A stretch of 64,000 nt of DNA. It comes from Tubiluchus corallicola (Eukaryota; Animalia; Priapulida). The notes under the pieces are model-generated. The model saw only the letters and a list, made by a program, of their open reading frames with translations, searched no databases and was not told the origin of the DNA. This document shows, piece by piece, positions 35,344-47,640 of this stretch (positions within the stretch are counted from its first letter, which is position 1; each line of letters begins with the position of its first letter). Where the stretch lies: the NCBI GenBank assembly GCA_030141605.1, contig JAQGDQ010000748.1, positions 1 to 64,000 on the forward strand. Reading direction: 5' to 3'. Position numbers and translations under genes: made by a program.

Positions 35344-37474
35344 AAAACTAGATGATACTTTGTATATAAATGATTAGTTTTTATTTCTTTCTCCTTGGTT
35401 AGTGATATGTGTATACCTATATAAAATAATATAAAATTTATAATGACTTAAACACTTTCATTCGTATTATATAATTTACGTATTTTGTCATTCTTGCTTT
35501 TGTGCTTGACTAGCTGAATTAGCTTCCTATTTCTCTCTTTAACTATATTCCTAGTTATGCAGATTTTGTTGTATAACGGATCTATGAGTGGGTAATAATA
35601 TTTTCTGTTCATATCTTGATGGCTTATTATGCTGTACTATTATTCTTTTTGACAGTATTCAAATTTGAATTGCTTTGTAGACCCATGAAAAAACTGTATT
35701 TAGCACCTAATATTATTAACAGGACCATATTATGATGAATATGCATACGTGATAAATAATACCTTACTGAACTCAACTTTTCTTTGTGTGGTAACTGATT
35801 ATCATTGCTTAAGATACATTTTTTGACAGATGATTTCGATCAAATTCTATTAATAATGACCATTATTTTCCAATTTTATTTAATTTTTGAGCAAAACGAA
35901 AATTTGTTAAGCTTGCTGTTAATTAGGATGTTTGGTATAACAGCTGATTCTGATAAACATCAATTAAAGCAAAATACATGATTCGTAATTGTAGTTGTTT
36001 GCACTTTGTGTTTTACCATAAGAGTGTAACCATTTTAATAATCGACTCCACAATACTAAATATGTACCTTAATGTAGGAGCACGATTTTATTTAAAAAAA
36101 ACACAAGTTATTTACAGTAAGAACAATAATTACGATAATGATGTGCCATGAATGGAAAATAAGCTGCTTATTTACAAGTTGACTGTGAACATCATTAATA
36201 GTAAGGTGCATTATGCATAGCTAGAATATGTTAATCATTTTTACGATATTAATAGGTCTAGTAACTTAGTACATTATGTGTATGAAAGATTTAATATAAT
36301 TCTGCTCAGACATAATTGTCTTTTATTGCTGTTTCTGACCTTATATCCAGGAAAGCTTATTCAGTGGAGTGTATTTTTCTAACACTGTCTGATGCTTTAG
36401 AAGCGACTAGCTTGATATCACCATGCACTGTAGTCCAAGAAATTATTTATCACAGTAGCATAATAGCAGATAAAGTACTCCAGTCATGTTTCCAGGAGTT
36501 TTTCTGGCATATCACACCATTTTGAGAAATTAATATTTCAGAATTCTAACTAGTGCAGCCGTCTGTAGTATCTGCTATTTTGTTTACAGAAAAGATTTCC
36601 TGCGCTGGCATTTTATGAAAGCTTATTTTTAGAAAACGTAGACTACGTTTTTAGACTACGCTTTTACGTAGGACATTGTGCTTTGCCTAGTGTGCATTAA
36701 TTAAGCAACTGGGTAGAGTGTCATTCCATGCCTCAGGTAATAGGTTTGCATTCACTTCTGCTGTACTTTCTAGTAGTAATCCATTTCTATAACAAAAAGA
36801 ATCCATAATTGTTTATAGCTACTTCTAATATACACACCATTATAATTCTACCTTTGTTGAATTACCATAGTTAATATCTGCTAAATTTTTAACGTCCATA
36901 AAGAAATAAGCAAGGCAGTCCTGGAGTTTAGTACTTGCTTGACTTAAAAAATTATCCATACAAGTTTGTGTGTTCAACTCTTCGCAGCTTTTGAGCAAAC
37001 AAACTTCTATTATTTTTGTAACCAGTCAAGCTACGGCACTAAAGTCTTGGTCGTCTGTTGTCTAGGATTACTCATTTTCTACTAATTCCTGACATTGAAC
37101 TGCCCACTGACTATCCTATCAAAGTCCACATTTGATCCTGTAAATTACTTAATTTGGTTCAAGTTTGATTGCTTAGTTACTTAATTACACTACCCGATGT
37201 CATCAACTATCACATTAAAATCTGTTACGTATCTGGTACCGTGGTATAAGTTTCTTAAGTTTGGTTGCCAAGCTCCTAGTGTATTAGTATTTGAAATTCT
37301 CCTACAGTTTTGAACGTCCCACCCCAAATCTACCAACTGCCTAACTGACATCTGTTCCACAGCAGGTAATTTACGTTTACTTAACTGGTTAACTAACTGA
37401 GAAAAATCTCTGTGCTGTAAGTTTCTTGAATTTTATGTTGACTGGCTTCAGAATCTTCGTTATTGATGAAAAAT

Positions 37475-39394
37475 CTATACGCTAGGAATTTGTAAGCTCT
37501 TACTCTTATAGTCGTTGTAGCCATCATCATGTCCATGTCCCTTTTTCCCATACCCATCATCATGTCCATATCCTCCTTTGCCATACCGATCATTGTGTCC
37601 ATATCCTCCTTTGCCATACCCATCATCATGTCCATATCCTCCTTTGCCATATCCATCACCATGTCCATATCCTCCTTTGCCATATCCATCATCATGACCA
37701 TATCCTCCTTTGCCATACCGATCATTGTGTCCATATCCTCCTTTGCCATACCCATCATCATGTCCATATCCTCCTTTGCCATATCCATCACCATGTCCAT
37801 ATCCTCCTTTGCCATATCCATCATCATGACCATATCCTCCTTTGCCATACCCATCATCATGTCCATATCCTCCTTTGCCATATCCATCACCATGTCCATA
37901 TCCTCCTTTGCCATATCCATCATCATGACCATATCCTCCTTTGCCATACCCATCATCATGTCCATATCCTCCTTTGCCATATCCATCATCATTCCCATAT
38001 CCTCCTTTGCCATATCCATCATCATGCCCATATCCTCCTTTGCCATATCCATCACCATGACCATATCCTCCTTTGCCATACCCATCATCATGTCCGTATC
38101 CTCCTTTGCCATACCCGTCATGCCCATATCCTCCTTTGCCATATCCATCATCATGCCCATATCCTCCTTTGCCATACCCATCATCGTGTCCATATCCTCC
38201 TTTGCCATACCCGTCATGCCCATATCCTCCTTTGCCATATCCATCATCATGCCCATATCCTCCTTTGCCATACCCGTCATCATGCCCATATTCTCCTTTG
38301 CCATATCCATCATCGTGTCCATATCCACCTTTGCCATACCCATCATCATGCCCATATCCTCCTTTGCCGTATCCATTATCATGTCCATATCCTCCCTTGC
38401 CATATCCATTGTCATGTCCATGTCCTCCTTTGCCATACCCGTCATGTCCATATCCTCCTTTGCCATATCCATCATCATGTCCATATCCTTTGCCATATCC
38501 ATCATCATGACCATTTCCTCCTTTGCCATACCCATCATCGTGTCCGTATCCTTTGCCATATCCATCATCATGCCCATATCCACCATCATGTCCATGTCCT
38601 TTTTTGCCATATCCATCATCGTGTCCATATTCACCTTTGCCATATCCGTCGTCATGCCCATATCCTCCTTTGCCGTATCCATTATCGTGTCCATGTCCTC
38701 CCTTGCCATATCCATTGTCATGTCCATATCCTCCTTTGCCATACCCGTCATGCCCATATCCTCCTTTGCCATACCCATCATCATGTCCATATCCTTTGCC
38801 ATATCCATCATCATGACTATATCCTCCTTTGCCATACCCATCATTGTGTCCGTATCCTTTGCCATATCCATCATCATGCCCATATCCTCCTTTCCCATAT
38901 CCATCATCATGTCCATATCCACCTTTGCCATATCCATCTTCGTGTCCATATCCTTTTTTCCCATATCCATCATCATGTCCATATCCTTTTTTTCCATACC
39001 CATCGTCATGTCCATACCCACCTTTTCCATAGCCATCACTGTGTCCATATCCTCCTTTCCCATATCCATCATGTCCATATCCATCTTTGCCATATCCATG
39101 TCCATAACCTCCTTTCCCATATCTATCATTGTGTCTATATCCTCCTTTGCCATATCCATCATCGTGGCCATATCCTACTTTACCATATCCATCATCATGT
39201 CCATATCCTCCTTTACCATATCCATCGTCATGCCCTCCTTTGCCGTGCCCCTTGCCATAACCTTTACTGTACCCGTAGTTGGTCATCGAGTATCCACGTC
39301 TTCCATAACTTCTGCGATCCATTCTTGCGATGGATTTTTGAGTTCCACTGCTTTTATATAAATCGCCACCGTATCCATATTCGCCAGTAATTAT
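37475..39394 (-). CDS. Gly/Tyr/His/Asp/Lys-rich repeat protein (about 53 x GYGKGGYGHDD); main exon of a probable secreted structural protein
   Basis: 615-aa ORF from ATG 39322; the frame is open 24 more codons up to cttatag| at 39394 (IITGEYGYGG...). Variation between units is mostly synonymous in this frame (GGA/GGG/GGT, CAT/CAC, GAT/GAC). Confidence 0.8.
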   Translation of the reverse strand: MITGEYGYGGDLYKSSGTQKSIARMDRRSYGRRGYSMTNYGYSKGYGKGHGKGGHDDGYGKGGYGHDDGYGKVGYGHDDGYGKGGYRHNDRYGKGGYGHGYGKDGYGHDGYGKGGYGHSDGYGKGGYGHDDGYGKKGYGHDDGYGKKGYGHEDGYGKGGYGHDDGYGKGGYGHDDGYGKGYGHNDGYGKGGYSHDDGYGKGYGHDDGYGKGGYGHDGYGKGGYGHDNGYGKGGHGHDNGYGKGGYGHDDGYGKGEYGHDDGYGKKGHGHDGGYGHDDGYGKGYGHDDGYGKGGNGHDDGYGKGYGHDDGYGKGGYGHDGYGKGGHGHDNGYGKGGYGHDNGYGKGGYGHDDGYGKGGYGHDDGYGKGEYGHDDGYGKGGYGHDDGYGKGGYGHDGYGKGGYGHDDGYGKGGYGHDDGYGKGGYGHDGYGKGGYGHDDGYGKGGYGHGDGYGKGGYGHDDGYGKGGYGNDDGYGKGGYGHDDGYGKGGYGHDDGYGKGGYGHGDGYGKGGYGHDDGYGKGGYGHDDGYGKGGYGHGDGYGKGGYGHDDGYGKGGYGHNDRYGKGGYGHDDGYGKGGYGHGDGYGKGGYGHDDGYGKGGYGHNDRYGKGGYGHDDGYGKKGHGHDDGYNDYKSKSLQIPSV

Positions 39395-39675
39395 CTATAA
39401 GTTGTGATATTGTTCATTTATTCAGTATACGTGTGCCAGATATTCTCCGAGAAAGGCGAATTTTACAAAAATTCTGAAATTTTTGCAAAGCTCGCAGTTA
39501 TTGCAGAATTATTTTCCATTTTTATATTTCCAGACCTTATTTTTAACTGATGTGCAGTAATTTACTGCCAAATCGAATTTTACTGTTTTTGACGCTGAAG
39601 TTTCTGCCTCTTCTCTCTATCCCTGTTTGTCTCTCTCGCCCTTCCTTCTCTTTCTTACCGCCCGTTCTCCCCCCC

Positions 39676-39679
39676 TCTC

Positions 39680-39757
<78 letters not shown>

Positions 39758-39772
39758 CCTCCCTCCCTCCCT

Positions 39773-39836
<64 letters not shown>
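39676..39836. repeat. (CT)n / (CCCT)n microsatellite
   Basis: Seen directly. Confidence 0.95.
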
Positions 39837-39845
<9 letters not shown>

Positions 39846-40492
39846 TTGATATTTTTTAAGGCTATCAGACCAATTTTTTAAAACGCTGTCACAAGCAAAT
39901 TAAGATTTAGCTAAAAACAGTTTACCGGACCTAACGTCCGTGACAACAGACATTTCCCTCTTCACCTCACGATAACCAACGTACTCTATTCTTTATTCTA
40001 AGGATTTTGATATACGCAAAGAAAATACGACTGATCTACCTTTGGACTGCATCATAGTAAAAGCGAGATAGACAGTCTTGTTCTGCATTTATGGACCAAC
40101 AAGTGCCGCTCGCGTTTTCAATGCCAGGAAAACTAAATCCGATTAGAATCTGATAGAAACGGTAATGCAAGTCTCATAAGATAATGTCATTTTAGATATA
40201 GACATCTCTGTGAATCGGTATTTATATAAACTATTACTTTTACTATTTACAAGGATTTCCCTTTTTATATGATGAATTCCATTGTGAAAAAATCTTTCAC
40301 TATTTGGATATATAATATATGCATATTAGTGTCTCGACTTTGATAAATCCCTTTCAGTTCCATGGATGGGGCCATCTGACATATTGCTTCTCTAAGTTCT
40401 TGGTGCACCAGGCCACATCCAAAGATAAGATGAGCTCCCGTTTCCACGCTTGCTACATTGACATTGGTTCGTTTGGAATTGTCCTAAGTGGA

Positions 40493-40542
40493 CACGCACG
40501 CACGCTCGCGCACACACACACACACACACATACGCGTGCGCG

Positions 40543-40583
<41 letters not shown>
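40493..40583. repeat. (CA)n-(CG)n-(CA)n alternating purine-pyrimidine tract
   Basis: Seen directly. Confidence 0.95.
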
Positions 40584-40586
<3 letters not shown>

Positions 40587-41072
40587 GCATCTGGGCACAC
40601 AGACATAAGTGCATTAATCATAATTTGGCTGCAAATATTTTACATAGAACGTAAAAGCGTCTGCAAACAATGTTTAAAATTTTACAATGAGTTTAAAATA
40701 CATACCTTTAGTTGCAGTAAGATCAATAGAAGTGTACACGTTCCCAAAATCCTACAATACAGATTAACAACAAAATAGAAGTACGGCTTTAGTCAGTTTT
40801 AACTAATAGTTAAAACTACTATTTTCTTGCTAAGTAATTGTAAAACGTAAAAACAAGTAGATTTTTTGTTTCAGTGCAAAGTGATGGTTTGAGCTGAAAA
40901 CAGAGAATACAAACCTAATGTAAATTTTACAAACCTAAAAAGCTGCAAGCCGAATAGAAGGGACGGGAAATTTGGGCAAAATGTTTTGATTGGAAAATTA
41001 TCCAGTACAAACTTTCAATTTGTAAACTTCTTTCCAATTTTTAGGACGCACTAGTAATGAAAATTACCAATA

Positions 41073-41325
41073 TGTACTCTTTGCTCTTTATGCCCTTAAT
41101 ATGCTGGTTGTACACAGGTACTCTTCTCTTTATGCACTGTTTAACTGGTTATTTTTAGGCACTCTTTTCTCTTTATGCACTTTATAAACTGGTTATACTT
41201 AGGTACTCTTTACTCTTCATACATTTTATAAACTGGTTATACTTAGGTACTCTTTACTCTTCATACATTTTATATACTGGTTATACTTAGGTACTCTTTG
41301 CTCTTCATACACTTTCGATACTCGG
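41073..41325. repeat. Minisatellite, about 6 copies of a 41-44-bp unit
   Basis: AGGTACTCTT recurs at 41116, 41157 (variant), 41201, 41245 and 41289; unit AGGTACTCTTTACTCTTCATACATTTTATAAACTGGTTATACTT. Confidence 0.9.
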
Positions 41326-42732
41326 TATAAATACTGTTTACTTCCTGATGATGACTGCGAGTGCGCAGCAGAAACGTTATTATTTTTTAATAAAAAATGA
41401 TAAAAAATTCGTTGGTTGTTGCGGGATGTTTAGCAAACAGCTGATTTTAGCTCACATACCTTGTTTTCTGCATAACGCAGCAGGGTGCAGTCGATCTTTT
41501 TCACTGACTTCACACAATAACGCTGCCCACTTCTCGTTAACGCTATGTTCTTTTAACTTGCTCTGTATGAGCTTATGGCAAAGCTCTTTTCACAGCGTGG
41601 TTTAAACAATAAGCATTTTCATATCTAGTTCACTGGCTTAACAAACATTATATTTAACTGGATCAATGGCTATGGGGCTATCAGCTATTATGTTTGTTCA
41701 AAGTTTTGCTGAATTCCGTTAATTACTGCACAAATATCCAGTAAATCTAATTATTAGACTAATTGAAGAACAGCGCCAGAGAAAATTGCTTGATATTTTA
41801 TTTACTTAAATCATACAGAAATTTGATTTTATCTCATAATGATGTTTGAGATTTAATTTTTGTTACTCAGGTGTTTACAACTCGTAGTCATTGGTAAGCA
41901 TAATAGCAAACAAGAATATTCCCAGCTTTTTAGCTCAAAATAAAACGCGATAATTCTAATATTGTTAATTAATACATTTTTGTTGATAATGTACAAATGA
42001 GAAACAAACTTTGAATATCGATATAGTAATCTACTCAGACAATTCCAATCACATAAGTGTAGTAATTCATATATAATTCACATACATGGCAACGTTGACT
42101 GATCCGCTTTTTCATTACACGTTGCGATAATTTCTATTTGCTCAAAAAACTATCTAATGTTGATTGAGGTACAGATTTTTAACTAAAGTGGTAGTTTTCG
42201 CCATACAGAGACTTATTGTTTAGAAATTTGTTTGTTATAGAAACACGTATATAGGGCAGTAACAGTGAAAGGTTAATTAATTAATTGTCTGTTTACAGGT
42301 ATGGTTCAGTGGTCAAACTGGGTCACAACGCTAATCACTTAACTAACGTTTTAACTCAGGTAAGATTCTGTTTCTTTCTGCCTAGAGCCAGGAAAAACCT
42401 ATGCGATTGTGATATAATTCGTTGTATTGAGGCTCAAAATACTACCAAATTTTAGTACTTATTTTAGTTTCCAGTAAAGGAATGAATGTAGGCCTCTACA
42501 TATACTCTTTAATAAATGGCCAAGGGATAACACAACGCAATTAAATCCAAACAGCTAACAATTATATGCGTGTTAATATTGCATAATTTAGTTTTGTTGT
42601 ACGATGATGTTAGTGCCATTAAAATAAGATTGAACTTAGTGTGGTTCTTGCTTCGATCATGCGATCGAAACTTAAACGAGTGAAATCTAGACGAAAGAAT
42701 GTTGCTAAGAACAGTACAACCTTCCACTTCAT

Positions 42733-43702
42733 TTAGAGTGATATCAGTTTTTCATCAAAACTTCCATCCAGAATACTCTTTATTGCCATTTCATTAAGTT
42801 TCCTTTCTTCGTCTGACACGGGATTAAAAAGCTGGCGCTTGTCATACACGTCGGTGCTGTTTTTGACTTCTTGCAGTGTCTTATCTATTTGCTCATCCCA
42901 TTTTTCAGTGTCCGTGAGATCGATATTTGGTGCCACTTCATTGTCATCTGCTATTTGGGAATCATTCTGTGAGATAATGTTATCATCTGGCGAATCTGAA
43001 CTACCATTATTTGCGCCATCTAGGCTGTCGTTTTGGCCTTTCGAACTTTCATTTTTGACGAAATCAGATTTTTGTGGCGCAAGAGAATTTTCTTTGGCAG
43101 AGACATTTTCGTCGTTTTTCTGTTTCACATCTTTGTCTTTTTTCTCATCTTGTTCCGTTTCTTCATTATGTTCATCTTTGTCATTGCTTTGAGCGTCATT
43201 GTCATTGTTTGCTTTCACAGATTCGCCATTTTGCTGGCTTTGCTCGGATACTTCTTTATTTCCAATTGTTTCATTACCTTGAGCATTCTTGTCATTCTTG
43301 GTTTGTTCATTTTGTTCATCTGACTTTGGATCTTTTTCCGTTTTTGATGTGTTATCTTCCTTGTTATTTGGTTCATTCGTTTCTGCCTGAGACTTGTCGT
43401 TCACTGCCTTTTCTTTCGCAAAAGCAGAAGGTTCGGAGTCTTTCTCTTTATGTTCTTTCTTCTTTTTATTCTTTCCTTTTCTTTTGTTTTTGTTTGAAGG
43501 CGGTGAGGGAGAAGAGGCATTTTTGGGTTCAGGTTTAGATTCTTCTTGCGCAGTAGGAATTGGATTGGCTTTTGTTGATTCCTTTTCTACAGCCTTGCCT
43601 TCTTTCTTCGCTTTTTCTAATTTTTCTTGCAATGTTGGAGCATGTCTCTTTCTTCTAGCGTCTGGCATAGTTCTTACTGTCCCATCTCCCAACAATGCTC
43701 CA
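42733..43702 (-). CDS. Uncharacterised Lys/Glu/Asn/Asp-rich protein, terminal exon
   Basis: Acceptor ttatttttag| at 43702 (phase 2); about 320 open codons; charged low-complexity core; predicted helical C-terminus EKWDEQIDKTL...ILDGSFDEKLISL. Confidence 0.75.
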
Positions 43703-45249
43703 CTAAAAATAACGTCTGATATTTTTAAAATGAAGTAGGCTTTACAAAAACAACGTCGTCAGATAAATAATTAGATAGAGAAACAATTACCGAACTGTAG
43801 TTTGAAGGCCTATTGATTAACTTAGCCTGGAATGCAAAGCACTGAGTTGGTCGCTTATCGAGTTTTTCCCGATTCGGATCGGCATCAACATATGAAATAC
43901 TACTACGATAACAAAGCATTTTTGCGCCACGTTTTAGCTGCCTAGCTGTTTTATAAACCGAGCTACAGAGCTTTTTTAAAACAAGCTGTTCTAAAATCCA
44001 AGCTACGGCTACGTACGCACGTATATTTTGCTCGAACGTTTTGTAAAATGTATAAACATTAGTAAACTGCTATGTTTCGGATGCTGCCCTTCCGTTCCTT
44101 TAATAGTCATTCAATAATGTTTGTGCAACAGCGCTCTGCTGATGGCTTTACAATATTCAAAAACACTCCACACCATCCACATCATACCACAAAATAACAG
44201 GAAGAACAAAAATAAATACTTTGCCCGATGTTGAAATTGCATGAAAAGAAAAACTCATCCGCAGATGATCAAAAATGCGCGAACATTGTGTTTACTACTA
44301 TAATAATAATAATAATAATGACGATGGTAATAATAATAATAATCGAACAGATGAAAAGCGGACGCGTTACTACTAGACTAAACCGTCTACTCTCGAATTG
44401 ATAGTAATAAGCTATCTGTTAGCAGATTATAGATACGCGTTTGCGATTGCCATGAATCCAAATTTTCGCGGAAATTTAATATGCATTCTTTGCCTCACAA
44501 AGTAAATGGCTATACCCAGAGGGGGCGTTAAGTATTGACTAAAGGTATTATCCCCATAGACTAAACGAAACGATTACTATTAGTTTTGCATTACATTACA
44601 ACAAGAACGAAAACGAAAAGCCTTCACGGAGAAATAAATATGTTCATGAGTGCTATATCCCAAGCGAGTAACCAAAATAACTGTAACGGTATTTAGTAGA
44701 TAATTAAATTTGATGAATGAATTTTTAACGATCGCTGAATTCATTATCAAATTTTATAGAGGAGAAATTTTTATGCGTTGTTTACAGTGCCTGTCTTGCA
44801 CCTTACGTCTAAGTGAATGCACGTATGATTAATTAAATTCTAATGAAAGTTAAACATCTATAAAAAGTAAATAAACGAAGCTACAAATTAATAAATTAAT
44901 TATTAAATAGTTAAATAATGAATCGAGAAACTAAACAGAGGGTATGAGCTAGAAATGCTGTAAACAGACAAGCGAACAAACGAAAAAATGCACGAATAAA
45001 CGAACGATGGGACAAAAGAAAGAAACGAGAAAAGTGAGGAAGATATGAGAAAGGAAGAATAGAAGAAAAGAACCAAGAAAAGAGAATACATATACATTTT
45101 ATTGTAATAAAAACATACACAAAGTGTACGGCAATAAAATTATAATACATGTAAATAATTATGTATGTGCAGTCTCTCGATTGATGTTCTACAATGTCGT
45201 CAAGATGTTAGGAAGAAGCGAAGTTAAACGAGCAAAAAATCCCAATTAC

Positions 45250-45323
45250 CTGGCTGTCACCCCGTGTGGCCAAACCTTCAAATAAAGTCCATCAGACTGA
45301 AGGACCCTTTTGCGCAACAAAGC
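45250..45323 (-). CDS. Candidate internal exon of the 42.7-46.3 kb gene
   Basis: atccag|ALLRKRVLQSDGLYLKVWPHGVTA-AG|gtaatt ends in phase 2; an upstream AG (exon start 45363) would make it phase 2-2. Confidence 0.4.
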
Positions 45324-45726
45324 CTGGATACATTTAAGCGGGAGAGAAATATAAAGGGACACGCTGCAGATTTTATAATGGTCAGTTTAATGTGAATGTA
45401 GTTTATGGTTCGCCTCTAAATCCGTTATCAGTGCTCAACTTCATGCGTGGTTTTAATTAATACGAACAAATCAATTTTAAACTGAACTTGCCACTTAGTG
45501 AAAACAACCGAAGCCAAACATAAAACATGCAATTAAGGTCTACATCAAACATGCAGGGATCAAAAAGGATCTAAAACAGGCGTATGCAATTTGCAAATCC
45601 ATATTATAAAAAAGTTACATAAAATTCCGCCGTGCAAGTTTTATTAGTACCCATGCTTTAATCATTATGCACATGCTCAATCGAACATATGTATTCATGC
45701 GTTGCATATGCTCAGTCAACCCTTAC

Positions 45727-45856
45727 CGCCCCTTTCCGCGCTTTCGAGCGGGAACCCTACGAGTTCTGTTTATATGTGCGGCCTCTTCTTCGTCATAGGG
45801 GCTATGCTTTATGCGCCTACTCTCACTGTCGTCATCGTCATCATCGCTTGAATTAT
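45727..45856 (-). CDS. Internal exon B of the 42.7-46.3 kb gene
   Basis: cttacag|...NSSDDDDDDSESRRIKHSPYDEEEAAHINRTRRVPARKRGKG-CG|gtaagg. Confidence 0.65.
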
Positions 45857-45904
45857 CTGTAAGTGTGAAAAGTCGAGTATAAACAATGTTCTGAACAGAT
45901 TTAC

Positions 45905-46040
45905 CGTCTCTTCTTGGGGCGTTCGGATATTTTTGCTGCTGCGTTAATAGCTTCAGCTTCATGTGGATCAACAGGTCTATGTTCAATTCTCTTTGGTTTT
46001 GTAACAACTGCTTCATCATCAGATTCACTGGCAGGCAACT
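45905..46040 (-). CDS. Internal exon A of the 42.7-46.3 kb gene (paralog of exon B)
   Basis: cttctag|...LPASESDDEAVVTKPKRIEHRPVDPHEAEAINAAAKISERPKKR-CG|gtaaat. Confidence 0.65.
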
Positions 46041-46191
46041 CTAGAAGCACAACAGTAACGTAGCAGTATTCATGTATGTAGATTGTGAACCAACAAAATT
46101 GACTCTTAACACAGAGTGTATACATACTGTCAATAAAAAGCTAGAATAATTGTCGTTACAATACTACTATTACAATAATACACAAACTGAC

Positions 46192-46253
46192 CTACTCTTA
46201 GCGGTCGAACCTCGTGAAAAAGTGACCCAGCGAATTAGCTGCATACTTAACAT
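46192..46253 (-). CDS. Candidate first coding exon of the 42.7-46.3 kb gene
   Basis: MLSMQLIRWVTFSRGSTAK followed by two overlapping donors (A|gtaggt, phase 1; AG|gtcagt, phase 2). Confidence 0.35.
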
Positions 46254-46959
46254 TCCCAACTTAGGTTTGAAAATAATGCTGTCATGAAATTAGAGAATCT
46301 AAGCCTGATCTGACATCTGTTTAGAAGGCGTATATGTTGACCTGGCCGAGCCGGGCACTGTTACAATATCAGATTACACTGAAAGTGGCCCTTTTTGACT
46401 TTCAGTTTCAGTGACTTTCAAGTCCATCACGCAGCGCAGATCTGTCTGCGCCATTTATTCTCTTATACGTGATGCGAAATAAAAAAGATTATACAGGAAC
46501 GATATTGATTATTATGATATAAAAATAATTAGCAAAACGTAGAAAAGGGCTTTTAATTGATTAAAGGGGTTGTAATTTGTAAGTGTTTAAAGCATTTTGA
46601 TTCAACTTGAAAAGTCAAAATTTATTCGTTTATGAACTAAACCACGTTTTTGCTTCACCAGTAAATTCCCCTCAATAATTTTCGACCCCCAAATTTTTCG
46701 CTTAAGGCAGAATCTAGTTCGTATATGCCTTGAACCAGCCCTGCTGAAAATTTTGATGATATAGATACATGTACAAATTATCATAGATTATCATAGTCAG
46801 CATAAATTGATTAACATTAAACATTATCATAGCTCCCCAAAGAACGAGGTTTTTAGTAGTCGTCTAACTTACAGGGCAGAACAGAACAACTTTTTCTGTA
46901 CCTAAATATTTTTCAGATTTACGTTTAATTAATTACATAAAATTCATGGTTACAATTAA

Positions 46960-47640
46960 AGTTAAATAGTTAAAATGAACAATTATTGTATAATTTTAAA
47001 TAAGTCAGTGTGATATTATACTGAATGTAGAGGAGAAGTTGTAAGACTTATTGAGTCCTTTCCTCTCAGATAAGTTGAAAGAGCATGATTATTAAAAATT
47101 ATTCACACAATATATTCCAGCTAGTTACAACTAGGTGATACGCAAATTAAAAACATTTTTAAAATAAAATTCATATGTTGAAATGTTTTACAAATAAATA
47201 CATAAAGTGACTCCAACTATTTATATTTCTCTAAAATTTTCCTTTTGGCACGTTTTTTTTAAATATGCACACTCAGACATTTTTAAATCTTCACCTAGGT
47301 CGTTCCATAATTTAGCACCAGGAAGTGACAGACTCATTGTTTTCAAAGTTGTTCTTGCCAGTGGTATTTTGCAATTTCCCCGCTGTCTTGTCATTTTAAT
47401 TGGATTATTAATAAACGAACATCATTTTTGTAAATTTCCAGGCAAATGACTTTTATTAGTAGCATGTAATTTTAATAGTATTTTCAAATCTGTCAAGTCA
47501 GCCAAATATAGCTTTAAATTATGGAACAGTTTACTGCTTAGCAACTGATTATTAGTCACTTCATTTCGTAAATAAAAACAAACAATACGTACCTATAACG
47601 TCGAAAGCTTGCATTTTTTCAAACCTATTTTTATTTTTCA
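46960..47640 (-). mobile_element. L2/CR1-group LINE 3' fragment
   Basis: Minus strand 47390-47280 reads TRQRGNCKIPLARTTLKTMSLSLPGAKLWNDL, a typical ORF2 C-terminus; boundaries approximate. Confidence 0.6.

Noticed and set aside
37393-39171. 592-aa Met/Asp-rich ORF (MDMAKED repeats)
   Set aside because: It is an alternative frame of the stop-free 33-bp array. Changes that are synonymous in the GYG frame are non-synonymous here.
37529-39361. 610-aa hydrophobic antisense ORF and PYPSSC ORFs
   Set aside because: These are antisense shadows of the same array, with no independent gene signals.
39550-39881. SLSLSL ORFs (also 61409-61636, HTHT at 40319-40778, poly-Leu at the start of 60864-61160)
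   Set aside because: They are translations of microsatellites.
39925-40098. Candidate signal-peptide exons for the repeat protein (MSVVTDVRS and MQNKTVYLAF...)
   Set aside because: Both end in phase 1 while the acceptor at 39394 needs phase 0, and neither is convincingly hydrophobic. The first exon was not identified.
41073-41325. Regularly spaced repeats resembling a CRISPR array or coding repeat
   Set aside because: The units are contiguous with no unique spacers, the 44-bp period breaks frame, and the context is eukaryotic with no cas genes.
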